Positions 50,417 through 61,712 of a stretch of DNA of 64,000 nucleotides are shown one piece after another. The position numbers were made by a program, and so were the translations under genes. The notes under the pieces were generated by a model. It had not been told where the DNA came from, ran no database searches, and saw only the letters and a list, made by a program, of their open reading frames with translations. Position 1 is the stretch's first letter. Each line of letters opens with the position of its first letter. This DNA is from Squalus acanthias (taxonomy: Eukaryota): positions 16,308,001 to 16,372,000 of the forward strand of contig CM059433.1 in NCBI GenBank assembly GCA_030390025.1. Direction: 5' to 3'.

Positions 50417-53400
50417 TATATCTTTTTCTGTAAAATACTCCAGTTCACGAGGCTATAATACACCTGCAAGCATGATTAGTGAGGGCGCAATTAAAATTCA
50501 AGCAAGTAGCCTAGTTAGCTTGATTGGCATTTAGATTTGCATATTTTCTGGGTGCATAAATGAGTTCAGTAGTAAAAGGTTTAGCAAGAACAATATAATC
50601 TTTCCATTACCTCAGCCATTATAATCTAATTTTTTACAGTCGGTATTGATTCTTTGCAGCTGCAGCAATAATATCATCTGTCATCTATTGGACTACAGAC
50701 GTTGCAGTCGGAACCTTGCCAAATAATTTCAATTCTGAATTAATTAATGTATTAATTGCTCATGCAGAAGTTGATCTTTGTAATAGTTCAAGCTCTATTC
50801 TGTTGAATTTTAGTGATGCACTGTTAATCTGGCCCGATAGATGTAAGATTTATATATAAGTGATCTCTGGTTCTTCTGCAGTTTAACAATGCAAGTGAAA
50901 AACTAATTTTGAATCTGTTCAATAGAGTTACAATTGTTTTTTAATACATATTTATGGAATGCAATAATGCTATTCTTCCAGAATAGTGCAGGCAAAGACT
51001 ATATGAGTACTTTAGATTAGAACACAACTCTAGGATCTGAGCTCAGATTCAATGCGAACAGCTGAGTGGTGACAACGATTCTAAAGTAAATTAGTTTTAG
51101 ACAGTCTTAATCCAATTCACCAAGAACATGTCCTTCCAGCACCTACTCTGGGAAATCATCAGTAGAGACCATATCCCAGGATCTGGCTGGGTACAGGCGG
51201 GACTCCGGGAAAACTTATGGAAATAAGGCCTGGCTGTTAAGATGGTTTGGGCGTGTTACTGTAAACACAACTAAAAATTACCAAGGCTATTTGAAATTCA
51301 CTTATAATTATCATTTTTAATTGCTTCCTATGCTTGCATCATACTACTTCTTTTACACCTGTGTATTAGGGTTAAGATGGTGAGGTTTAAATTTTGACTA
51401 CTATTACATTATACTGAACTGTCAGTGCGCCCAGTACCAGAGATTTGCATGTCCTAGGTAGGTGGCACTGTGGTGCTGTGCTCCTCAATGCTACCCATTT
51501 AACATTGCTTTTTCATTGGGGCAATTGCCTCCCACTCCCTGATGCCAGCTTGCAGTCTGGGACCTTATCAATCCCCATACCACTGGAAAATGCCTCCACC
51601 AGCCCTGATTTTCACCCCTTTCTCTCCTGCAACCCACAGTGGAAAATTTGCCCTGGGGCCAGATCCCGCCCCTGACCAACAAAGACAAAAGAATAAAATA
51701 TAGAAAGTGGGGGAGAAGGCAGGCAAAGGCATAAAAAAAAACACAAGAGAGAAGAAAGTAGAAGAGAAGAGAAGGAAATAGGCAAACAAAGCAGGAGAAA
51801 GAAGCAGAAGACAAGAAAGACAGAGGGGGGAGGAAAACAGAAGAAAACCATAAGAACCAGAGCGCAGAGAGAGTGTGAGAGAAACAAGAGAAAAGAAAGA
51901 CTGGCAACACAAAGGCATAAAAGACAGAGGAGCGAGAAAACATACCCTGCACCTTACTGTGTCATACACCATGGGAGATAGATATCTATCTCTGGTAAAA
52001 ATCTTGCATGCACCTATCATAGTTCAAAGCGTTACATTTGGGAATATTCTTCACACTTGTACCTTAACTATCATATTTTCATAGAAAACCAATAAATCAT
52101 AACGGAACAGGTAGGGAACAAATCAATGATTAAATAGCAAGTTGGAACAAAAACTATAGATCAAGAATTAGCAGTCAGCAAATCACCACCAATATAACAA
52201 CTGGCAAGAAGAGAAAGGGAAACCGATAAAGTAACAAAAGTATTTTTTCAAAATTCTTATGACCGTCATTTTGTTTGGTCAGTAACTAGAGGACATAGTA
52301 TTAAAAATAAGGGACTTGAAATTCCTGTCCTGGCCAAGGCACAACTGAGGCAAACCTTACTCAAGGGACCAGAAAACAGGGAGGAACCAGGCTGAGCCTA
52401 GATTCTGCCCCCTTTGTTAGCTCCAGCCATTTTCTGGTAGGAGGCCAATGAGGGGATCTTTCGCGCCCCCCCCCCCCCCCCCCTCCCCACCATATAAGGG
52501 GACAAATCAGGGGGAGTTCCCAGGTTATCCCTAGAATTCCACCCTTTGCTCTCTTATGGGTGTCAATGATGCACTTTTACAGGCATGATGCAACTGCCCC
52601 CAGGATTTGGAACTGAGTCGGCGTCCATTGCTGCAAGTGGCCTGGAGTCCCGCTCCACGCCACTTACAGCTCGAGCAGAGGCGCTGGAATTTCAGCCACA
52701 AGATTTCTAACATAACACGTATTTCACAACAACGTTTTGAAATTATTCATGGAGGCATTTCAGATGCACTATTGACAATTCCTGTCTTAAAAGCCTGGGG
52801 TTTGAGTTCAGCTGCATTGGCCAGGTTTCTGAGTGAAGAGGCTAAACCAAGTAACAGACTTCCAAAAGGTGGTATTGTCACTTTACATGTCACACTGGAG
52901 GACTTAAAATAGCAAAATGCTCCAGTGCCAATCCAATTACAAAGGCCTGCCAGTATTATTAGTCAAGCTTCAATTGTTTTATTTGACTTCTTCACTGAAG
53001 ATTTATTTTCCTTTTCATTTATAAACATGTCTTCAGTTATATTATTCATCAGCAAGATTTCCTTTTCCTTCTGTGCAGCAAAGAATTAATACGTGCCACA
53101 CGGGAATGCTGGCTATGTTTCATATTTTATACTGGGAGTAATTTGGAACTCCTTCGGGGTAATTTTAACTTTTATTGCTGGGCGAAAAATGGACCATAGC
53201 GAAACGGCCACCTGATTTTCATTTCCATTGAAGTTAAAAGTAGGCCAGCAGACTTCGGCTATTTAGCATTCCATATCTTACAATGCTGCCAAGATTTGAA
53301 ACAACATCTGGCAGCCCCTGACTAAGAAACCTCTCATCAGTTTCCATTCTAAAGAATTACCTGGATGGAAAAGTTCACCGGAGAATGCAGGCATTGCGTC

Positions 53401-53877
53401 CTCTCCCTCTGTCACATGCTAAGCAAGACTCTAGCAAAGGTAGAAAAGGAATAAGGATTTGGGTGTGATTTATTAGTTATTCTCTCAAAGTTTCCAGTCA
53501 ACGTCAAGCTGTTAGCAGTAGTAAATTAGTTGAAATTTGTCAGCATTTGACTACATAGCCTAGCTTTTTCAAAATATGGATGTACAGCAAGTGAAGCCAG
53601 TCAGAAATCAGGATGGAAAACCAGCGAACCAGTTCTCCACCTATTTAGTGCCCTATGCAATTTTCCACTTATGTGTTCTTCTAGCGCTGGTGGTGCTTGG
53701 CAGTTTAATAACTTGCATGTTTCTATGTCCTTTTCCAATGTCCAGGAGTCCCAGAATGGTTGTCCATTTTATATGGGTATGCTTCTGAAATCAAGATCCC
53801 GCAGTTTCATCAACAAACCCATTTAAAATGGGCGTCCATGGCTGCTAGGGCTTGAGCTGTTAATTGAAGTGTTTTTG

Positions 53878-54308
53878 AACAGCAACTTGCATTTATATAG
53901 CGCCTTTTAACATAGTAAACAGTCTCAAGGTGCTTCATGGGAGCGTTATCAGAGAAAATTTGACACTGAGCCACATAAAAAGATATTGGGACAAATGTCA
54001 AAAAGTTTGGTCAAAGGTGTAGGTTTTAAGGAGGGTCTTAAAGGAGGAGAGAGAGGCAGCGAGGTTTAGGGAGGGAATTCCAGAGCTGAGGGCCTAGACA
54101 CAGCTGCCAATGGCGGGCTGACTGAAATTGAAGATGCACAAGAGGCCAGAATTGGAGGAATGGAGGGTTATCGGGCTGGAGGAGGTTACACAGATAGAGA
54201 GGGGCAAGACCATGGAGGGATTTGAACACCAGATTGAGAATTTTTACTTTGTGGCGTTGCCGGACCGGGAGCCAGTGTAGTTCAGTGAGCACAGAGGGGT
54301 TGGGTGAA
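53878..54308 (-). mobile_element. L2 3' fragment
   Basis: LTELHWLPVRQR...VFKSLHGLAPLYL...PQLWNSLP and an L2 tail. Confidence 0.88.
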
Positions 54309-54399
54309 ACAAATGCATTTAGAATTATGGTTGCTAGCTGTTAATTGAAGTGTTTTTAAAGAGCCCTTACTGAAGACTGCAAGGAAAATTTATGCCCTA

Positions 54400-54680
54400 T
54401 TAGTTAACTTTTCTTTTTTTAAATTTCCTCTTGTTTACATTTAGGTGCTCTTGTACTGTTGTGGCAGCTGTTGATCCAGTGACATTTCTGTTATTAATAG
54501 GAGCACAATGGGTTTCCCCATGGGAATCCCTTGTACTTATGTTCTTTGAAGGTAATAGCAGTGGTGGGATGCAAGGCAGGTCAGGCTTCACCAGAGGAGC
54601 TGTATGTCCACTCACTCGCACCCTTGCACCCACTGACGAGATGCACGTGCTTTTCCTGGCTGTGCAGTTCAAAAGGGAGG
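54400..54680 (-). CDS. Possible terminal coding exon of a minus-strand gene (...KPDLPCIPPLLLP...NKRKFKKRKVN-stop)
   Basis: Non-repetitive-looking open frame after a weak acceptor (ttctgtgtctttttgcc...aatcacag), ending in a basic NLS-like cluster and TAA TAG. No homologue recognised. Confidence 0.3.
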
Positions 54681-54830
54681 CTGTGATTATGTTGTGGCGT
54701 ATGCGGCAAAAAGACACAGAATTATGAGTGAAGATTCACCAAGCTGAACTTTATTTTTACTAGAGTAGAAATACCAAAAGAGACAGCTTTGAAATACTGA
54801 GAAGCAATAATAAGGTAGATGAAGCGGGGG

Positions 54831-55457
54831 GGGGGCCAAATTGGATGGCTTTGCGACTGGACGCGGCGCTGACATCGACGCCCGCCATAATCGTCAGGAG
54901 TTTTGCGGCAGCGCTACAGCGTTGCGCCCCGAGCTCCTTCGCCCGGCGATCGTGACGTCATTGCCGTGCGCGTCGCCCCAGTGGCGCCCTGGACCCGAAA
55001 TTGACCTCCGCCCCCTGCAGCAGCGCCGGGCGAAAACGCCCGACAGCTGCAGGAGGCGTGCATCGGGTGGCCGGCCACTTCGGGGGTGATGATAAGCGAG
55101 GTGGCCGAGGTAAGTAAAAAAAAAAACTTTTTTTGTTCCAGCTTTTTTCCGTGGGTTCCTGCCCACGATCGATCAGCCCGGCACTCTGCAGCGATGGCCC
55201 TTCCCTTTATGGGAGGGAAGGAGCCTTTGAACGCGGCAGCGCTGCGCGGCCCAGTGTGCAGCGCTGCTGAAGTCTCCGCCCCGCCCTGCTGCCGATTGCG
55301 CTCCAAGAAGGAAGCGGAGCTTGATTTAGCGCTCCACTTCCTTCCTGGAGCGCAAAAACAAATTTTTAAAAAGTTTAGAAACATTAGCGCCTGGCACTAA
55401 TTTTGCAAACTTTTAAAATTTAGCGCCCCAAACAGGGCTATAATGAATTTCTCCCCC
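54831..55457. mobile_element. CpG-rich Harbinger-type MITE
   Basis: GGGGGCCAAATT...AATTTCTCCCCC ends with a GC-rich hairpin-forming interior. Confidence 0.7.
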
Positions 55458-55744
55458 AGGGTATTTAATTTGGGGTGTGAGCAAATAACTAGAAGACACA
55501 GGTTCAAATTCAAGCAAACCTATTGAGATGAATTCCTCTCCCTCACCCTACAGAGGAGTGCTTTTGAGAAAGCAAAAACAATTAACGTCATTTAACTGTT
55601 TCAAAAAAAAGAGCTGGATAATTATTTGTTTAAGAACATGATTGAAGGTTAAAAGGATGACTTGCAATAGAAATAATATATTTAGGTTTGGAGAAGGCTT
55701 CTGATAACGTTCTATACAAGCGATTGATCACAAGGTATGAAGAC

Positions 55745-56530
55745 AGGGCAGTTTCAAGGATCAGTGCGGGGAGCAGGGGGACGTTGGTGGGCATTGCTGT
55801 TTACAGTTTAGACAACTGATTTGGAGCTAGGGACATAAAGCTGTTGAAGTGTGTAGGTGGCACCAAAATGGGTGGGGTTTCAAACATTAGGTAGGAGGCA
55901 AACCAAATAGAAAAGGGCCTGCATAGTTTGGGAAGGTAGGTAGCTGAGTAGCAAATGACATTTCATGTGGGGAAGTGCAGCTATTGGGACTATGGAAGGG
56001 GAACAAACAACAGAAATGCAAACTCGATGGGAAATGCTAGAAACACTGTGGAGAGCACAGACAAGTTAACGTTTCGGTTAACTGCAGTTTTGACAAAGGG
56101 TCCATATCCGAAATGTTCAATTGTCTGTCCTCTCCGCAGATCCCGCCTGACCTGCTGAGCGTTGCTAGCATTTTCTATTTTTGAGGAAAAGAAAGCTCAA
56201 AGGAGGTATTCAAAATTTTTAAGGAAATAAATAATTTGAGCCCCAATAGTACGCCCAAGATTGCCACAAATTCTAGAACCAAGGACACAAGTTCAAGCTT
56301 AGCAGACGGAAGATGCACAATCAGTTTAAGTTTAACTGTTCTTATGCAGAGGATGGTGAACGTGGGTCATGAACTGCCGAGGACGGCAGTGGGCACTGAT
56401 CATGTGGAAAAAACAAAGGGAGAATTGAACAGCTATTTGAGCTAGTGGGCGATTAAGAGGTATTAGTTTTTGGATTAATCAAATGGATTGCAGAACCTTT
56501 CCGCACTTGTACTTTTCTATGTTTCTAATG
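55745..56530 (+). mobile_element. Very old CR1 RT/3' fragment with a nested inverted copy of the hammerhead-bearing element (about 56010-56182)
   Basis: CAAGGATCAGTG (QGSV), CAAATGACATTTCATGTGGGGAAGTG (QMTFHVGKC), ATGCAGAGGATGGTGAAC; nested TTTGACAAAGGGTCCATATCCGAAATGTT. Confidence 0.6.
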
Positions 56531-57531
56531 ACAGACCGAGTTCATTAAATGGTTCTTGGACCACATCTGTTCCTGTGTTGCTGGAATGGAGGGGGTTAAT
56601 CTCTTTAGGACTTAGCGGTGGAAATATAGGGGTGGATGGATATTTTGGAGTTTTACTTGGTTACTGTTGGGAATCAGGGAGTATTATGCAGACGCTTCTT
56701 TTAAGAGGCTTTAATGGGTCAACTACAGTCCAGTATAGAGTAGTTTGCACATGGTCTGTGTAAAGAGTGAGCTTGATGACTTTTTCTCATTCCCTGCTTT
56801 TATGTTGAGGCACACATCTGAACCCTGCTATGCTTAATATGGCTGTGTTGATCCTGACATTGAGAGTCAAAAATTCCCCCGTACTGATGTATCTCACTTC
56901 GATGAACACTAAAGTGTGTTGCACATATTGAAAAACCACATGGAAAGAATTAATGCCGCCCCAAATCCAGACTGGTGTCTGCAGTGACTGTTGTTGAGCA
57001 TAAAACTTGTATTCTACCCTACTGTACCTCTGCTGTCATTTGAAGTATTTGCATTAAGATGTTTCACGATAACTTGTGTCTACCACCAATTGTAGCAAAA
57101 GGCAGCAGGAGGTAGCTGTGGCAAGAGGGAAGCTGTCTTTAGGATCTGTAAATTGAGTAAAGTTTTAACTGAAGTCCCACCTGGCACCACTTAATACTTT
57201 ATATTCACCAAGCGGAGCAAATAGTAATTGCTGCAGCCATCTCCTGAAATTCGGAATTTGTGGGTGGACATTAGGAGACAGATATGCCAATTAATTTCGA
57301 TCTTGTTCTGTGGGGGGGGGTGTTAAAGTGATTTAATCAGCTTGGTGTTCAGCTCTCTCAGGCAAACTGCATGCTGCTGCAGTCTCAGAATATATCAACT
57401 TCAAGGGTAGTTCAAATTTGATAAAACTGTAAAGTCCATATCAATTATCTGTCATAAACCATTCTCCTCGAAGAATGAAAGTTTGAGCATTTCTTTTTAA
57501 GGAGATTTACTTACGAGCTTGATAGTGGTTG

Positions 57532-57547
57532 TGCTGCCACCTAGTGG
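57532..57547 (-). promoter_or_regulatory. CTCF consensus motif
   Basis: The minus strand reads CCACTAGGTGGCAGCA in non-repetitive-looking DNA. Confidence 0.5.
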
Positions 57548-58060
57548 GATTCCTGGGGAAATTATAGTAATCTGTTTTGAATTGTATTTTTATTATGCTT
57601 TTTAGTGAATCAATATAAAGTGTCTGCTGCGTATGCAATAATTGTCCTTGCAGATTTCAATGAACAATTGCAGTAACTATATTTTAAAAATGAATAGTGT
57701 TTGATACGCTGGTGCAGTTATTCCATTAGGATTAGAGTCTGATGGCAGTGCCAGTAGTAAAAAGGAGTAAGCTACTTTAGCTCCCAAATAATGTACCGAC
57801 TGACCCAACCTTTCATTCACAAGGGCTTCACTGATGGTGTTATTTGTTTTAATGTTAGCCTGATTATGATATCTTCAGTAGGTGTTACAATACGTTAGCA
57901 GTTAGCGCATCAACCCCATGTTACATCAGTGGCAATTGGGTGCTCTCTGCTGGTCAGCTAGGAGCCAGTGACCACTGATGGGGCAGTAATTGGCTGATGA
58001 TTGAGAGTGGACTGATGGGGCAGTAATTGGCCCACATCCAGTGAAAGAATAAATTAAAAA

Positions 58061-60860
58061 GGCCAGCATTTATTGCCCACCCCTAATTGCCCTCGAGAAG
58101 GTGGTGGTGGTGAGCTTCCTTCCTGAACCGCTGCAGTCCGTGTGGTGAAGGTACTCCCACAGTGCTGTTAGATAAGAAGTTCCAGGATTTTGACCCAGTG
58201 ACGATGAAGGAACGAGGATGTATTACCAAGTCAAAATAATGTACAACTTGGAGGGGCATTTGAAGGTGGTGGTGTTCCCATGCACCTACTGCACTTGTCC
58301 ATCTGGGTGGCAGAGGTCGCGGGTTTGGGAGGAGCTGTTGAAGAAGCCTTGGTGAGTTGCTGCAGTGTATCTTGTATATGGTACACACTGCAGCCACGGT
58401 ACGCCGGTGGTGGAGGAAGTGAATGTTTAAGGTGGTGGATGGGGTGCCAAACAAGCGGGCTGCTTTGTCCTGGATGGTGTCGAGCTTCTTGAGTGTTGTT
58501 AGAGCTGCACTCATCCAGGCAAGTGGAGAATATTCCATCACACTCCTTACTTGTGCCTTGTAGGTGGTGGAAAGGCTTTGGGGAGTCGAAAGGTGAGTCA
58601 CTCACTTCAAAATACCCAGCCTCTAACCTGCTCTTGTAGCCACAGTATTTATGTGGCTAGTCCAGTTAAGTTTCTGTTCAATGGTGACTCCAGGATATTG
58701 ATGGTGGGGATTCGACGATGGTAGTGCCGTTGAATGTCAAGGGGAGGTGGCTAGACTCACTCTTCTTGGAGATAGTCATTGCCTGGCAATTTGTGGTGTG
58801 AATGTTACTTGCCACTTATCAGCCCAAGTCTGAACGTCGTCCAGGTCTTGTTGCATGCGGGCACAGACTGCTTCATTATCTGAGGAGTTGCGAATGGAAC
58901 TGAACACTGTGCAATCATCAGCGAACATCCCCACTTCTGACCTTATGTTGGAGGGAAGGTCATTGATGAAGCAGCTGAAGGTGGTTGGGCCTAGGAGACT
59001 GCCCTGAGGAACTCCTGCAGTGATGTCCTGGGGCAGAGATGATTGGCCTCCAACAACCACAACCATCTTCCTTTGTGCCAGGTATCACTCCAGCCAGTGG
59101 AAAGTTTTCCCCTTGATTCCCATTGACTTCAGTTTTACTAGAGCTCCTTGATGCCACACTCGGTCAAATGTGGCCTTGATGTCAAGGGCAGTCACTCTCA
59201 CCTCACCTCTGGAATTCAGCTCTTTTATTCATGTTTGGACCAAGGCTGTCTGGAGCCGAGTGGTCCTGGCGGAAGCCAAGCTGAGCATCGGTGACCAGGT
59301 TATTGGTGAGTAAGTGCCGCTTGATAGCACTGTCGATGACACCTTCCATCACTTTGCTGATGATTGAGAGTGGACTGATGGGGCAGTAATTGGCCGGATT
59401 GGATTTGTCCTGCTTTTTGTGGACAGGGCATAGCTCGGCAATTTTCCCAATTGTTGGGTAGATGCCAGTGTTGTAGCTGTACTGGAACAGCTTGGCTAGA
59501 GGCGCAGCTAGTTCTGGAGCACAAGTGTTCAGCACAACAGCCGGGATGTTGTCGTGGCCCGTAGCCTTTGCTGTAACCAGTGCACTCAGCCGTTTCTTGA
59601 TATCACGTGAAGTGAATCAAATTGGCTGAAAACTGGCTTCTGTGATGGTGCGGAACTCAGGAGGAGGCCGACATGGATCATCCACTCGGCACTTCTGGCT
59701 GAACTCAAGTGCCTCATGGATGCCCAGTTTTGAGCTGCTAGATCTTCTGAATCTATCCCATTTAGCATGGTGGTCGTGCCACACAACACGATGGAGGGTG
59801 TCCTCAGTGTGAAGACAGGACTTCGTCTCCACAAGGACTGTGCGGTGCTCACTCCTACCAATACTGTCATGGACGAGATCAAGTAGGTTTTTCCCTCATG
59901 TTGGTTCTCTCACCACCTGCCGCAGGCCCAGTCTGGCAGCTGTCTCCTTCAGGACTCAGCCAGCTCGGACAATAGTGGTGCTACCGAGCCACTCTTGGTG
60001 ATGAACATTGAAGTCTCCCACCTAGAGTACATTCTGTGTCCTTGCTACCCTCAGTGCTTCTTCCAAGTGGTGTTCAACATGGAGGAGTACTGATTTGTCA
60101 GCTGAGGGAGGGCAGTAGGTGTTAATCAGCAGGATTCCTTGCCGATGTTTATCCTGATAGTATGAGACTGCATGGGGTCCGGAGTCAATGTTGAGGACTC
60201 CCAGGGCCACCCCCTTCCGACTGTATACCACTGTGCTGCCACCTCTGGTGTGTTTGTCCTGCTGGTGGGACAGGACATACCCAGGGATGGTGATGGAGGG
60301 GTCTGGGACATTGGCTGAAAGGTATGATTCTGTGAGTATGACTATGTCAGGTTGTTGCTTGACTAGTCTGTGGGACAGCTCTCCCAATTTTGGCACAAGT
60401 CCCCAGATATTAGTGAGGTGGACTTCACCGTGTCAACTGGGCTTGGTGTGACTTTGTCGTGTCCGGTGCCTAGGTCGATGCCGGGTAGGCCGTCCAGTTT
60501 TATTCTTGGTATACTTCTTTGTAGCGGTTTGGTGCAACTGAGTGGCTTGCTAGGCCATTTCAGAGGGCAGTTAAGAGTCAACCACATTGCTGTGGTTCTG
60601 GAGTCACATATAGGCCAGACTAGGTAAGGACGGCAGATTTCCTTCCCTAAAGGACATTAGTGAACCAGATGGGTTTTTATGACAATCCGGTAATTTCATG
60701 GTCATCATTACTGATGCTATCTTTTTTGTTCCAGTTTTATTTAATTAACTGAATTTAAATTCCCTAGCTGTCGTGGTGGGATTTGAACTCACGTCTCTGG
60801 ATCATTAGTCCAGGCCTCTGGATTGCAATCCAGTAACATAACCACTATGCTAACGTACCC
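58061..60860 (-). mobile_element. LINE family B copy with its 5' end: tRNA-derived head, then APE-RT ORF with internal deletions, no ORF1
   Basis: Colinear with 7932-10694 and extends 5' through about 170 nt of leader into a SINE-like domain and a tRNA-like head ending at 60860. Confidence 0.9.
60779..60860 (-). promoter_or_regulatory. tRNA-derived internal Pol III promoter (A and B boxes)
   Basis: Starts GGGTACGT; A box TAGCATAGTGG (60852-60842) and B box GTTCAAATCC (60788-60779). Confidence 0.75.
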
Positions 60861-61712
60861 TAAAGTAATGGTTGAATCTTTGTGCAACTAATTTCTACAT
60901 TGTTCTACTAAATATAGTGCAATATTGAGCATCAAGATGTTGCAAAGTGCACTTTCCATTGGTGATAAAGCCATGCTACATCAACAAAAGTGAAACTTTG
61001 TGCATTGACATGCTTTCAGCCACTATATAGGGAAAAAAAGTTATAGCAACAAATTCGAATTTAAACTTTCTATTTAGTAATATTGGTGCTCAGTGTAAAA
61101 TGTAAATTGTTTTCATACATGATCATGGAAAAGTATCATCAAACAACTCTGAACTACTTCATCGAGTGATTAGAAGACTTGACCTGTGGCGGCCTCCTTC
61201 AATCCAGCTTCCTATTGTCAATTCTCCAATACAACTCTTGGGAGCATACATTTTGTTGCTTAATTGCTGTCTTAAACTCTTAAATTAAGTTTAGATTTTA
61301 ATCTGAATTAATCCCTCTAAATCTGCGATTAATTGCCTTTTGTCTCACTTCACTCTGAAGTCATTTGAATGTATTTGTACTGCTTAAACTGTTGTCCTTT
61401 CCAAGATACAGGAAACTCTTTATTAACCGGCACCGACGGGACCGGCGTGGTGCCGGTTGATTGAAAGTTCCGGATAACGGAGAGTTATATCTACTGAGGC
61501 TATTTTTAACAAAGAAAAATTAAAAAAATCAAGAAATGTGCAGTATACAGTATTTGGGTACTCACCTACAGAATGTTGTGTTAAATGGATGGTGGAAGAT
61601 GCTTGATTAAGTACAGTACTGCCAGTTGAGGGTAATCCATAACTCTTTAATTACTTAACAGTAAAACAAAACTTATAAACGACTGTATACAGTACTGTAG
61701 TTGACTGTACCC

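Noticed and set aside
51491..52020. Hydrophobic membrane-protein-like ORFs on the minus strand
   Set aside because: They arise from an A/G-rich low-complexity tract open in all three frames.
60779..60860. Functional tRNA gene
   Set aside because: It has A and B boxes, but I could not fold a canonical cloverleaf, there is no downstream T-run terminator, and it continues into retroelement sequence.
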